In this document: positions 37,299 to 47,166 of the stretch, one piece after another | Layout of the letters: each line of letters begins with the position of its first letter | Numbering within the stretch: the first letter of the stretch is position 1 | Assembly: GCA_903925535.1 (NCBI GenBank) | Contig: CAIYFY010000235.1 | Location: 6,473 to 70,472 of the forward strand | DNA length: 64,000 nt | Source: an uncultured Bacteroidota bacterium | GTDB lineage: Bacteria > Bacteroidota > Bacteroidia > Chitinophagales > Saprospiraceae | Direction of reading: 5' to 3' | Program-made: the position numbers and the translations under genes | The notes under the pieces: model-generated | The model's input: the letters and a program-made list of their open reading frames with translations, nothing else | The model's database searches: none | Told to the model about the DNA's origin: nothing

Positions 37299-38357
37299 TT
37301 ACATCGGCTGGGCGGCGGTCCGGTAGATTACCGTGGCCACCACGTGACCTACCTTGCGCATCACCTCGCTGTCAATAATACTGATATTGTCGAAATGGGT
37401 ATGGTGATGATCACCGAACATCGGGGGCTCCTTCGGCATGCCGATGATGTCAACCGTCGGAATCTGGGTATATTTCATCACATAGAAGTGGTCGTCGGTG
37501 ATGCCACCCGCCTGATTGGGCGTGAACAGATCCTGGTAACCCAGCTCTGCTGCCGTTCCCCAGATGCGATTCACAACATCCGGTGCGTTGGCCATGGAAT
37601 AGCCCTCGCGCGGGAAGCGCGCGCCCGTAGCGCCCACCATGTCGAGCAAGATACCAAATTTGGCCCTGTAACCGGGCTTGTGCAGATTTTTACCCCAGTA
37701 CTGCGATCCCAGGCACCAGGTTTCAGCGGTATTGGCCGAATTTTGCTGCATGACCGAGCCTGCGGCGGCATCGCGGTCATCGCCCAGGTCTTCAGCATCA
37801 AAACAAATGAAATCAATACCGTAATCCACCGGATACTGCTGCACCATGCGGGCCAGTTCCAGCATGACGGCCACGCCGCTGGCGCCATCATCGGCACCGT
37901 CAATAGGTTTCTCTTTGTCTTTGCTGTCCTTGTCGGCGATATGCCGGCTGTCCCAGTGCGCACAAAGGAGGATGCGATTGGATAATTCTGGTTTGTACTG
38001 GGCGATGATATTCACGGCATCCAGCGTGCCGAAGTAGGTCTTTGCCTTGAATGGCTGCCTGACCACCGTCATGCCCCGCTGCTCGAAAGCCTTTACCAGC
38101 CAGTCGGCGCAGGCCTTGTGGGCTGCAGAGCCGGGCACACGCGGACCAAAGTCCACCTGCTTTTTGACATACGCAAACGCCGAGTCGCCGCTGAAAGGCG
38201 GTGCCTGAACCGACGGTTTTTGCGGGGTGGTGGTTACCGTACCGGCCGATTTGCCGCCGGAAGGCAGTAATTTGGGCAAAACAAGCGCTACCACGGAGAG
38301 CAGCATAACGGCAATCAGCCCGTAGGCCATGATTCTCTGTCTGGATACTTTGGACAT
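37299..38357 (-). CDS. M28-family zinc peptidase / glutaminyl-cyclase-like protein
   Basis: 'LLCAHWDSRHIADKD', 'DGADDGASGVAVMLELAR' and 'FICFDAEDLG' are M28 metal-ligand blocks. An N-terminal TM anchor is present. Confidence 0.8.
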   Translation of the reverse strand: MSKVSRQRIMAYGLIAVMLLSVVALVLPKLLPSGGKSAGTVTTTPQKPSVQAPPFSGDSAFAYVKKQVDFGPRVPGSAAHKACADWLVKAFEQRGMTVVRQPFKAKTYFGTLDAVNIIAQYKPELSNRILLCAHWDSRHIADKDSKDKEKPIDGADDGASGVAVMLELARMVQQYPVDYGIDFICFDAEDLGDDRDAAAGSVMQQNSANTAETWCLGSQYWGKNLHKPGYRAKFGILLDMVGATGARFPREGYSMANAPDVVNRIWGTAAELGYQDLFTPNQAGGITDDHFYVMKYTQIPTVDIIGMPKEPPMFGDHHHTHFDNISIIDSEVMRKVGHVVATVIYRTAAQPM

Positions 38358-38380
38358 CTGCGTTTAATTCAAAAGCGTTA

Positions 38381-39475
38381 TTATTTCTGAGCGCGCAGTA
38401 CCAGCCAGGCTGCCACTGCGATGAAAATCAGGTTGGGAATCCACATGCCGAGCATCACCGGGATGGAGCCGCTGGCAGCGAATGAAACAGCAAACTTGGA
38501 CAAAAGTATGAATCCGGCGCCTATTCCAATACCCATGGCGAGGTGCAGACCCAGTCCGCCGCGCACCTTGCGGCCCGCTACCGCCAGTCCGATCACCGTC
38601 AGAATAACATTCGTGACAGCATCGGCCGTTCTCCGGTGCATCTCGATTTCGTAACTGCGCGTATTGGCCTGTCCGCGGTTCCGGTCGCGCTGAATAGCCT
38701 GCCGGAGTTCGGGCGTGGTCATCTCCTCGTTCTGGTTGTTGTAATAGACAAAATCCTGCGGTCGAATGTTTAACGCCGTATCCAGCGGCGTCGTGCCCCG
38801 CTGCAGCGTTTCTTTCAGTCCGTCGAACGTCCTGATTGACCACTGGGTCAGTTCCCAGCGGTCGGGTTCCGACTTCCACCGCGCATTTTCGGCAGACAGG
38901 ATACTTTTGATCTGACTGCCCTCGAAGCGTTCCACACGCAATCCGGACATGGATTTTCCGTTCTTGTTGTACCCGCGGATATACACCTTGACATCGGGGG
39001 CCGTGAGCAGGTGTACATTGGTGGTTTTTCCCTTGTCCTGCTGCTTCCACACGTACGTGCGCTCGAACCAGAGCTTCCATTTGTTGAAACCGGGCGCGAT
39101 GAAGTGATTGATGGAAAGATGCAGCAGTCCGATGGTGACCCCTCCAATAAGGTAAGGCCGCAGCAGGCGGCCGAAGCTCACACCCGCGTTGAGGATAGAC
39201 AGAATTTCGGAGTTGAAGGCCAGTCGAGACGTGAAAAACACCACTGCGATGAGCGTGTAGAGCGGCATCAGAAGCGATGACATCTGGAACACGAAACCCG
39301 TGTAGTAGGCCAGAATATCCTTTCCGGTGCAGGGCTCCTCGATGATGGATTGTACCTTGTCGCTGAAATCAATTGCGCAGGAAATCATGGTACAGATCAG
39401 CAGGGAAAAACCTGCGGTGGACAGGAATTTCCGGATCAGATACCGGTCGAGGACTTTTAACCTGGGCAGATTCAT
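38381..39475 (-). CDS. LptF/LptG-family (YjgP/YjgQ) LPS export permease
   Basis: 'MNLPRLKVLDRYLIRKFLSTAGFSLLICTMISCAIDF' is a typical N-terminus. Six hydrophobic helices flank a periplasmic beta-jellyroll-sized insert. Confidence 0.85.
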   Translation of the reverse strand: MNLPRLKVLDRYLIRKFLSTAGFSLLICTMISCAIDFSDKVQSIIEEPCTGKDILAYYTGFVFQMSSLLMPLYTLIAVVFFTSRLAFNSEILSILNAGVSFGRLLRPYLIGGVTIGLLHLSINHFIAPGFNKWKLWFERTYVWKQQDKGKTTNVHLLTAPDVKVYIRGYNKNGKSMSGLRVERFEGSQIKSILSAENARWKSEPDRWELTQWSIRTFDGLKETLQRGTTPLDTALNIRPQDFVYYNNQNEEMTTPELRQAIQRDRNRGQANTRSYEIEMHRRTADAVTNVILTVIGLAVAGRKVRGGLGLHLAMGIGIGAGFILLSKFAVSFAASGSIPVMLGMWIPNLIFIAVAAWLVLRAQK

Positions 39476-39703
39476 CTTGAGTTCGAAAAGCGCCGCAAGG
39501 TAAGGGAAATTCTCCGTCGGAGACAGCCATTTTTGGTGACAACCCGGATATTGGAGGCCTTCAACCGGGTGATCTTGCCGGGTTTTAACAAACCTTTATC
39601 AAAACGGGAATAAACCCCGGCGGACATTTGTACGTCAAACCTGCGTCTGAAAAAATCAGCCATAACTTAAACACAAAAAGTAACATTCACAAAACTGTTC
39701 ACC

Positions 39704-40501
39704 ATGAGAAAGTCAATCCTGATTCTCCTGCTCCTGGGCATTGGTTCATTCACCTTTCACGCCTGCTTTCAGAACGACCGCGGTAACGAAGACCTGCTGG
39801 TTACCACCGCTGACGACCTGTCGGCCAGCGAAGATTACTCCGATCAGACCGACATAGACGTAGATATGGCCATCGAAGAGCGCGGCGGCAGTTGTCCGAC
39901 CGTCACCTTCGCCCAGCCCGAGGGTACCTGGCCCAACACCATCACCATTGATTTCGGTACTTCCTGCACGCGTGCAGACGGGCGCGTGCTGAGCGGCAAA
40001 CTCATTGTAAACCAGACAGCACCGCTCCGACAGCCAGGCGCCGTGCGGACAGTTAACCACGACAATTTCTTTGTGGATGGCAACAAGCTGGAGGGAACCC
40101 GCCAGTGGACCAACAACGGCCAGAATGCCGACGGACTGTGGTCGTACACCGTGGAGGCCACCAATATGAAACTGACCTTCACGGATGGCACCTTTACCAC
40201 CTGGAACAAACTTCGCACCACCACCCTGACGGAAGGTGCCGGCACCGTCACCCCGCTCGACGACGTGTGGAGCAGCATCGGCTCGGCCAGCGGCATCAAC
40301 CGCAACGGCATACCGTTCACGGCCACCATCATGGAGCCGCTCATCAAGAAAGCCAGCTGCCGCTGGATATCACAGGGAATCATTGAATTTACGGCCGGCC
40401 TGCGCACCGGAACCCTGAACTTCGGCAACGGCAACTGTGACCGCCTCGGCACCCTCACCCTGGCCAACGGCGACTCGTTCACCGTGCGGCTGAGGAGGTA
40501 A
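39704..40501 (+). CDS. Hypothetical lipoprotein
   Basis: 265-aa ORF with lipobox-like 'LLLLGIGSFTFHAC'. I recognise no family. Confidence 0.6.
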   Translation: MRKSILILLLLGIGSFTFHACFQNDRGNEDLLVTTADDLSASEDYSDQTDIDVDMAIEERGGSCPTVTFAQPEGTWPNTITIDFGTSCTRADGRVLSGKLIVNQTAPLRQPGAVRTVNHDNFFVDGNKLEGTRQWTNNGQNADGLWSYTVEATNMKLTFTDGTFTTWNKLRTTTLTEGAGTVTPLDDVWSSIGSASGINRNGIPFTATIMEPLIKKASCRWISQGIIEFTAGLRTGTLNFGNGNCDRLGTLTLANGDSFTVRLRR

Positions 40502-40580
40502 ATCAGAGGTAAGCGTGGGCTCATTATTTGAAGGCACATGACTGGAGCCGGGTAACTGAAAATTGCTTGTAGTTCTGTTT

Positions 40581-40740
40581 AACCGCAGAGTTGCGCAGAG
40601 TAAGATTGCTCTGCGTGACTCTGCGGTTACCTCTGCGTACCTCTGCGGTTACCTCTGCGTACCTCTGCGGTTACCTCCGCGCAACTCTGCGGTTATCTCT
40701 GCGTAACTCTGCGGTTATCTCCGCATACCTCTGCGGTTAA
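40581..40740. repeat. Non-coding tandem array: one inverted unit plus six direct 22-bp units ('ctctgcgtNN'+'ctctgcggttaN')
   Basis: I parsed the units by hand. Direct units run 40609..40740 (alternating 10-mer and 12-mer half-units). 40581..40600 'aaccgcagagttgcgcagag' is the reverse complement of a unit and forms a ~20-bp hairpin with the first direct unit. The period is not a multiple of 3 and no ORF covers the array. Confidence 0.88.
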
Positions 40741-40846
40741 AAAAACGCCTGGTTACCCCCCCCCTTTCCCCACCGATTGATTGACTGGCAACGGCTTCCC
40801 CCCATTTCCCGCATTATCATTAGCTTTGCCCAAACAATCTTCTCCT

Positions 40847-43051
40847 ATGCATCACATTCCTGCCAGCCGCATTTTCCTGTTCTTTTGCTGCATCCTGTTC
40901 TCTTTCACCGCCATCGCTCAGGAGCTCCAGTGGACTCCCGACGGCAACAGCTACTGGGTGTCAGACAAGGAGGGTATCGCACAGGTAAATTTTGCCACCA
41001 GACAAAAAAATGTCATTGTTTCCGCCAACAGGCTCACTCCGGCCGGAGCAGCCAAACCGCTGTCGGTCAGGTCGTTCAAGCCCTCCGCCAACGGAAAGAA
41101 GATACTGGTTTTCACCAATACACAGCGGGTGTGGCGCTACGAAACCCGGGGCGATTACTGGGTGTATGACATCGGCTCGGAAACGCTCCGTCAGCTGGGC
41201 CTCGGTCTGCCGGCCGCATCCCTGATGTTCGCCAAAATATCGCCCGACGGCTTGTCGGCCGCCTATGTGAGCAGGCACAATATATATGTGGAAAATCTCG
41301 CCTCCGGAAAAATCACCCGCCTGACCAGTGACGGTACAGATAAAATCATCAACGGTACTTTTGACTGGGCCTATGAGGAGGAGTTCGACTGCCGCGATGG
41401 CTTCCGGTGGTCGCCCGACAGCAAGTCTATCGCTTACTGGCAAATAGACGCCAGCGATGTGAAGTATTTCCTGATGATCAACAACACCGACTCCATCTAC
41501 TCCCGCACGATTCCGGTCGAGTATCCCAAAGTGGGAGAAAATCCGTCTGCCTGCCGGATCGGGGTGATTAACCTGAAAAGCAAAAAAACGACGTGGATGA
41601 AGGTGCCGGGCGATCCGGTGCAGCACTATATTCCCAGAATGGGCTGGGTGCCCGGCTCAACCGGCATCGTTCTGCAGCAGCTGGACCGGAAGCAACAGGA
41701 GAGCAAAATTTTCATCTGCCAGGCAGCGACCGGTGCTGCAACGCAGGTTTACGCCGAGCGAGATGAAGCATGGACTGACGTTCAGGATGTCTGGAGAAAT
41801 GAAGGCGGACTGGAGTGGATCAGTCAGGGCAATGAATTTATCTGGGCCAGCGAGAAAAATGGCTGGAGAAGTTATTACCGGGTGTCCCGTGACGGTCAGC
41901 GGGAGGTGAATATCACCCCGGGCGATTATGATGTGATTAGTCCGGTGTTGCTGGATGCGGCCAACAATGCGTTTTACTTCATGGCCTCTCCGGACAATGC
42001 CACGGAGCGATACCTCTACCGGACTTCGCTGGACGGGACCGGGAAGGCGGTCAGGCTCACGCCGATGGATCAGAAAGGAACACACAGCTATCAGATCTCA
42101 TCCAATGGACTGTGGGCGTTCCACAGTTTTTCCAACGCCGGATTTCCCACGGTGCGCGAGCGTATTTCGCTTCCGGATCATCGCTCGCTGGATGTGGAAG
42201 ACAGTGTGGCAGCAAAATGGTCCAAACACGATCCGGGCAAGAACAAAGTAGAGTTTTTTCAGGTAACCACCCCGGAAGGGGTTACTATGGACGGGTGGAT
42301 GGTCAAGCCGGCGAACCTGGATACCACCAAAAAATATCCGGTTGTATTTTATGTCTATTCGGAACCGGCCGGCGCCACGGTCAGAAATGCCTGGGGAACG
42401 GGCTCCAACTGGATGTACGACGGAGATGCGGCTGCCGACGGCTATTGCTATATTTCCCTCGACAACCGGGGAACGCCGGCCCCCAAGGGTCGGGCCTGGC
42501 GGAAAGCAATTTACCGGAAGATTGGCATCGTTAACATTCGGGATCAGGCGCTGGGTGCACAGGCGCTGCTCAAACGGTGGTCGTGGCTCGATGAAAACAG
42601 GGTTGCCGTGCACGGATGGAGCGGCGGCGGAAGTGCCACCCTCAACCTGCTGTTTCAGTACCCGGAAACATATCAGACCGGCATTTCAGTGGCAGCAGTA
42701 GCCGACCAGCTTTGTTACGACAATATTTATCAGGAGCGCTATATGGGCTTGCCGCAGGAGAACAGGGAGGATTTCGTTGCGGGCTCACCCGTCACCCACG
42801 CCAAAAATCTCAAGGGAAATTTGCTGTACATCCATGGCACAGGCGACGACAATGTGCATTTTCAGAATGCCGAGTTGCTGGTAAACGAGCTGGTCAAACA
42901 CGGAAAACTATTCCAGTATATGGCCTATCCCAATCGCTCGCACGGCATAAGCGAAGGCGAGGGCACATCAGAACACCTGAAACGGTTATTTACCCGGTAT
43001 TTGCAGGAAAATTGTCCTGCCGGCGCCCGGAGCAGGGTGCCAGGTCCGTAA
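40847..43051 (+). CDS. S9-family dipeptidyl peptidase IV-like serine peptidase
   Basis: A DPPIV N-terminal propeller ('INGTFDWAYEEEF', 'WSPDSKSIAYWQID') is followed by an S9 catalytic domain ('HGWSGGG', 'IHGTGDDNVHF', 'YPNRSHGI'). The ATG at 40847 gives the signal 'MHHIPASRIFLFFCCILFSFTAIAQ'. Confidence 0.85.
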   Translation: MHHIPASRIFLFFCCILFSFTAIAQELQWTPDGNSYWVSDKEGIAQVNFATRQKNVIVSANRLTPAGAAKPLSVRSFKPSANGKKILVFTNTQRVWRYETRGDYWVYDIGSETLRQLGLGLPAASLMFAKISPDGLSAAYVSRHNIYVENLASGKITRLTSDGTDKIINGTFDWAYEEEFDCRDGFRWSPDSKSIAYWQIDASDVKYFLMINNTDSIYSRTIPVEYPKVGENPSACRIGVINLKSKKTTWMKVPGDPVQHYIPRMGWVPGSTGIVLQQLDRKQQESKIFICQAATGAATQVYAERDEAWTDVQDVWRNEGGLEWISQGNEFIWASEKNGWRSYYRVSRDGQREVNITPGDYDVISPVLLDAANNAFYFMASPDNATERYLYRTSLDGTGKAVRLTPMDQKGTHSYQISSNGLWAFHSFSNAGFPTVRERISLPDHRSLDVEDSVAAKWSKHDPGKNKVEFFQVTTPEGVTMDGWMVKPANLDTTKKYPVVFYVYSEPAGATVRNAWGTGSNWMYDGDAAADGYCYISLDNRGTPAPKGRAWRKAIYRKIGIVNIRDQALGAQALLKRWSWLDENRVAVHGWSGGGSATLNLLFQYPETYQTGISVAAVADQLCYDNIYQERYMGLPQENREDFVAGSPVTHAKNLKGNLLYIHGTGDDNVHFQNAELLVNELVKHGKLFQYMAYPNRSHGISEGEGTSEHLKRLFTRYLQENCPAGARSRVPGP

Positions 43052-43090
43052 TATTGAACATTAAGGAAGCTTACGGGGTTTATGTGTAAT

Positions 43091-43121
43091 GCAGGATGGA
43101 AGTGTAGCCGCTTCATCCTGC
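43091..43121 (+). terminator. Candidate terminator after the DPP-IV-like gene
   Basis: The stem 'gcaggatg(g)aag'/'cttcatcctgc' has one bulge and is followed by the T-rich 'attcttcattatttcttc'. Confidence 0.45.
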
Positions 43122-43164
43122 ATTCTTCATTATTTCTTCAAAAGTGTTTTTCAATCACACCGGT

Positions 43165-44319
43165 ATGCGCATTCGCTACGTCTTTTTTTGTTGGTTGCTC
43201 GCCAATACAATCTTTGCACAGAACACGATAACAGGCACCATTCAGAGCGGTGGTCTGACGCGGGAATATCTGCTCTACGTTCCTGCTTCCTACACCGGCA
43301 ATACGGCAGTGCCGCTGGTGTTCAACCTGCACGGATACACCTCCAATAATACGGAGCAGTTGTTTTACGCCGATTTTCGCCCCATTGCCGACACGGCCAA
43401 TTTCATTATTGCGCTGCCCAACGGCACCAAAGATACCCAGGGCAATCGCTTCTGGAATACTTTTCTGGGCAATTCCACGGTGGATGATGTCGGTTTTATC
43501 AGGGATTTGCTCAATTCCCTGCAGGCGACCTACAACATTGATACCAACCGGGTTTACAGCACAGGCATGAGCAACGGTGGCTTCATGAGCTATTCACTGG
43601 CCTGCGAACTCGGCGACCGCATTACGGCCATCGCTTCCGTTACCGGTACGATGATTCAGTCCAGACTGAATGCCTGCAATCCGGTTCGTCCGGTGCCGGT
43701 CATGCAAATCCACGGCACGGCCGACAATACAGTGCCTTTCAACGGGTCTCCGGTCAGCACTTTCGTGAGCATACCGGTGCTGGTGGACGCCTGGGCGGAA
43801 TTCAATAACTGCAATCCTGTGCCTGCCATCACTCAGGTACCCAATATCAGCACAACGGATGGTTGTACGGCAGAGCATTATTTATATACGGGTGGCGACC
43901 AGGGCAGTACCGTGGAGTTCTACAAAGTGACCGGCGGCGGCCATACCTGGCCGGGCGCAGCGTTCACGATTGGTGTAACCAGTCAGGATTTCAGCGCCAG
44001 CAAGGAAATCTGGCGATTTTTCAGCAAATACCGGTTAAATCAGTCTTCTGCCACCGGCTCACCGGAATCACTGACAGCCGCCTGGTCTGTTGCCCCCAAC
44101 CCGGTACAGGATTACCTGATAATCCGTTCTGCAGATCAGCAACCGGTGAGCAGGATCCAGATTTTCGACGCAGTGGGTCGTCTGCAACAGACCGTTTTCC
44201 CGGGCACTAACGATCTGATTGAGATAGGAACCGCAAACTGGTCTGCCGGGGTGTATATGGTAATCATCGAGCAGGAGTCGGGCATTACGCCGCTGAAGGT
44301 GGTCGTGGCCGGGCATTGA
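43165..44319 (+). CDS. PHB-depolymerase/LpqC-type esterase with a T9SS C-terminal sorting domain
   Basis: 'VFNLHGYTSN', nucleophile elbow 'GMSNGGFMS' and 'IHGTADNTVPF' are present. The T9SS tail reads 'WSVAPNPVQDYLIIRS...GVYMVIIEQESGITPLKVVVAGH'. Confidence 0.8.
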   Translation: MRIRYVFFCWLLANTIFAQNTITGTIQSGGLTREYLLYVPASYTGNTAVPLVFNLHGYTSNNTEQLFYADFRPIADTANFIIALPNGTKDTQGNRFWNTFLGNSTVDDVGFIRDLLNSLQATYNIDTNRVYSTGMSNGGFMSYSLACELGDRITAIASVTGTMIQSRLNACNPVRPVPVMQIHGTADNTVPFNGSPVSTFVSIPVLVDAWAEFNNCNPVPAITQVPNISTTDGCTAEHYLYTGGDQGSTVEFYKVTGGGHTWPGAAFTIGVTSQDFSASKEIWRFFSKYRLNQSSATGSPESLTAAWSVAPNPVQDYLIIRSADQQPVSRIQIFDAVGRLQQTVFPGTNDLIEIGTANWSAGVYMVIIEQESGITPLKVVVAGH

Positions 44320-44435
44320 TATGCAGGCAGTGGAGATAACCCGGTTTGCCCCGCGTTTCTTGCGCGTGAGCCCCTTTTTCAGGTGACATATCTGGTGACA
44401 AAAGACGTCACAGCACACCGGGCTATCTTCGCAGC

Positions 44436-44469
44436 GGCTTTTTTTGCCCTGTAAATGGCAAAAAAAGCC
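44436..44469. terminator. Perfect 13-bp inverted repeat, candidate bidirectional terminator
   Basis: 'ggctttttttgcc' and 'ggcaaaaaaagcc' are separated by an 8-nt loop. It lies between the convergent esterase gene and tRNA-Ala. Confidence 0.5.
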
Positions 44470-44472
44470 CCG

Positions 44473-44508
44473 AAAAACGAGAAAAGCCACTCCGAAATAC
44501 GAAGTGGC
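44473..44508 (-). terminator. Rho-independent terminator of tRNA-Ala
   Basis: The minus strand reads 'gccacttcg-tattt-cggagtggc' followed by 'ttttctcgttttt', starting 8 nt after the tRNA CCA end. Confidence 0.6.
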
Positions 44509-44515
44509 CCAAGGG

Positions 44516-44591
<76 letters not shown>

Positions 44592-44601
44592 GAAGCGGGC
44601 G

Positions 44602-44609
44602 CAAAGTTA
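44602..44609 (-). promoter_or_regulatory. Candidate Bacteroidota -7 box (TAnnTTTG) for tRNA-Ala
   Basis: The minus strand reads 'TAACTTTG', ending 10 nt upstream of the mature tRNA 5' end. Confidence 0.4.
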
Positions 44610-44637
44610 AATTAACTTCACGCAAATCAGCAAGTTT

Positions 44638-45729
44638 TTAACCTAAAAATTCTGATAATAACCGATGAAAGTGGTGAGTGCCCTGCTCACGGGTCACGGA
44701 ATACCGGCCATGGCGGTAAAAACGGGAGCGAACGCCCTTCTGTACGTTGTTCACTACCTCCTCGTCTTCCAGTTCCACCTGATCCAGTCCTGATCCGGCG
44801 CCGGCGCCGAGCTTGCTCTCGTCGTAGGTGTAAACCACAAAGGTTACGCGACAGGTGTTCACGCCTGTGGGTTCTACCAGATTGAACGACAGTCCCCAGG
44901 GATAAAAATTGAACATCATGTTCGGGAACACCCAGAAGTAGTACCCGGCCACCTGCTTCCCGTAATCGGGCGATTCGGGCGGCAGTTCGAAACAGGTGTC
45001 GTCTTTCTTGCCAATACCGAGTTGCAGGCTCGAATACCGGAAAAGTTCTGTCGTATAGTTTCCGTAATCGAGCACGGCGCTGAGTCCGCCGTGTACAAAC
45101 GGGATATGGAACCCTTCGAGGTAGTTTTCGCAGTACAGGGCCCAGTTGGCATCCACATTCCACACGGTTGACAGGTCGGGGCGGTATCTAAGCTGATCCA
45201 TGGGCAGCCACGATACCCGGCGTATCATATCGCCGAACACGGCATCGGGCTCCTGTTGCGGATGCAGGGCTGTGAACAGCAGTTTGCCCCAATGGAACAG
45301 CGGAAGCTGTTTCAGGTGGTCGTCGGCACAGGGGAAACCAGCCACCTCTTTAAACTCGGGCATAAACTGAAACTGTCCGGCCAGATCGAACACGCGGCCG
45401 TGGTATTTGCAGCGCAGCTGACTCGACTGACAGGGCTCCCAGGCCACCAGGTTGCCCCGGTGGGTACATACATTTGACAGGCAGTGCAGTGCAGACTCCT
45501 TGTCGCGCGTGAGCACGAGGGGCTCGTTCAGGCTTCCTTCCAGCAGAGTGAACGGATATACGCTGCCCGGATCGGGTATCCGTCCGGTATCGCCGATGTA
45601 CTGCCACGAGTTGGCGAACATCTTCTCCAGGGCTTCGGAATAGATGGCCGCGCTGTTATAGACTTCGGTGGAAATAGTATGTGCCCTCGATATGTCGGGG
45701 TCAACGGGGAAACGTGGCATGGGCAACAA
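44638..45729 (-). CDS. Rieske [2Fe-2S] non-haem-iron oxygenase alpha-subunit-like protein (choline-monooxygenase/COG4638-like)
   Basis: Rieske ligands 'CTHRGNLV' and 'CKYHGRVF' are present. The catalytic-domain His pair region reads 'NYLEGFHIPFVH'. Confidence 0.83.
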   Translation of the reverse strand: MLPMPRFPVDPDISRAHTISTEVYNSAAIYSEALEKMFANSWQYIGDTGRIPDPGSVYPFTLLEGSLNEPLVLTRDKESALHCLSNVCTHRGNLVAWEPCQSSQLRCKYHGRVFDLAGQFQFMPEFKEVAGFPCADDHLKQLPLFHWGKLLFTALHPQQEPDAVFGDMIRRVSWLPMDQLRYRPDLSTVWNVDANWALYCENYLEGFHIPFVHGGLSAVLDYGNYTTELFRYSSLQLGIGKKDDTCFELPPESPDYGKQVAGYYFWVFPNMMFNFYPWGLSFNLVEPTGVNTCRVTFVVYTYDESKLGAGAGSGLDQVELEDEEVVNNVQKGVRSRFYRHGRYSVTREQGTHHFHRLLSEFLG

Positions 45730-45767
45730 ATAAAAAACGGGGAGGCACAGTTTCCCGTGCCTCCCCG
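45730..45767 (-). terminator. Rho-independent terminator of the SusC/SusD operon
   Basis: A perfect 11-bp stem 'cggggaggcac'/'gtgcctccccg' is followed on the minus strand by 'ttttttatttg'. It lies 14 nt after the SusD stop. Confidence 0.68.
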
Positions 45768-45780
45768 AAAATAAGGTCAG

Positions 45781-47112
45781 TTAATAGCCGTTATTCTGAA
45801 CGAGGTTCGGATTGGCTTCCAGTTCACGGGCCGGGATTGGGAACACGAGTTTGTCGTCGTCGAAGTTCAGTCCGTCCACAGACCCTTTCAGGCGTTTTAC
45901 ATCGTGGATGCGATGTCCCTCAAAGGCCAGCTCGAGGCGGCGCTCGAGGATTACATCGGCCAGCGTGACGCCGGTTTTCGCGCTCAGGCCTGCACGCGTG
46001 TGCACGGCGTTGTAGTACTCATCGGCGCTCTGACCCAGACGGGCCTTGCACTCTGCTGCGATGAGGTACATCTCTGCGAGGCGAATCACCGGAATGTTTT
46101 TGTACTGGTCGCGCCATTTACCGGTGCGCCTGGCACCGTTGCCATCATAAAACATCGCCAGACGGGCGTCGGCGGCATCGTACAGATCGATGTGCTTCTG
46201 CTCAATTTCGATATCGCCATCGCGGCCGCCATACTCCGGAATAGAGAAGAAGGTAACCAGTTCATTGGCGCCATCCTGGTTGGATACCTGCATGGAGAAG
46301 ATAGCCTCATCGGAATCATCATCCTGATTCCAGAGATCTGCATAATCGGAAACGAGACTGTAAGCTCCTGATCCGATGACCAGTTCGGCCTCTGCAAGTG
46401 CCTCGCTGTATTCGCCGCGGGTGAGGTGCAGGCGGGCAAGCATGGCAGCGGCGGTGTATTTGTTGGCGAACACGTCATTGTCTTCAGGCAACAGGTCAAG
46501 CGCTTCGTGCAGGTCGTCGTGAACAGCCTGATACACTTCCTCCACAGTATTGCGCGACACATAGCTGTCGCTGTTCACACCGCGGGTAGGGCTGGTGATG
46601 ACAGGTACACCGAGCTGGGTATTGGCAGCACCGGCAACATAGGGTTTGCCGAATACGCGCACCAGTTCAAAATGTGCGATGGCGCGTATAAAACGAGCCT
46701 CGCCTTCAACGCGCCCGCGATCACCTTCGTTGACGAAGCTCAAAGCGGAGAGAACGTTATTGGCCGTGTTAATAGCAGCGTAGGCAGTAGTCCATGTATT
46801 CTCGGCGTCGTAGTTGCCGGCGTCCATGGTGTGGTTGGTGATATCGCGCGGATCGCCGAAAGTACCAACCCAGCGCACCTCGCCGTCAGCACCCGCCAGT
46901 TCGGCGTCGCGGAAGAGGTTGCCGCCGTAGAGGCCGTCGCGGCTGATATTGTCGTAAGCACCCTGAAGCACCAGTTTGACGTTGGCATCGCTGTCGAGTG
47001 CAACAGTTTCACTCACGCTCTGCAGCGGCTCGATGTCGAGCCTTTTGTCGCAGGCAACTGCAGAAAGCAGGAAGCCCGAGAGGAGAAGATATTTTACTTT
47101 TTTCATTGTCAA
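45781..47112 (-). CDS. RagB/SusD-family nutrient-binding outer-membrane lipoprotein
   Basis: Lipobox 'LLSGFLLSAVAC' and a TPR-like SusD fold pattern ('RAIAHFELVRVFG', 'LIAAECKARLG', 'ERRLELAFEGHRIHDVKR'). It lies immediately downstream of the SusC-like gene. Confidence 0.88.
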   Translation of the reverse strand: MTMKKVKYLLLSGFLLSAVACDKRLDIEPLQSVSETVALDSDANVKLVLQGAYDNISRDGLYGGNLFRDAELAGADGEVRWVGTFGDPRDITNHTMDAGNYDAENTWTTAYAAINTANNVLSALSFVNEGDRGRVEGEARFIRAIAHFELVRVFGKPYVAGAANTQLGVPVITSPTRGVNSDSYVSRNTVEEVYQAVHDDLHEALDLLPEDNDVFANKYTAAAMLARLHLTRGEYSEALAEAELVIGSGAYSLVSDYADLWNQDDDSDEAIFSMQVSNQDGANELVTFFSIPEYGGRDGDIEIEQKHIDLYDAADARLAMFYDGNGARRTGKWRDQYKNIPVIRLAEMYLIAAECKARLGQSADEYYNAVHTRAGLSAKTGVTLADVILERRLELAFEGHRIHDVKRLKGSVDGLNFDDDKLVFPIPARELEANPNLVQNNGY

Positions 47113-47166
47113 TTTCTTTGGCCGGCCTGGAATGAATCACTGGCCGGCAATGATTGGTTCAAGTGA

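Noticed and set aside
38364-39080. 238-aa minus-strand ORF in another frame of the LptF/G-type gene
   Set aside because: It overlaps the 364-aa permease ORF on the same strand. It is Arg/Gly/Pro-rich with no membrane helices, so the permease frame is the real one.
40581-40740. Possible CRISPR array
   Set aside because: The repeats are contiguous with a 22-bp period and no unique spacers. There are no cas genes in the window.
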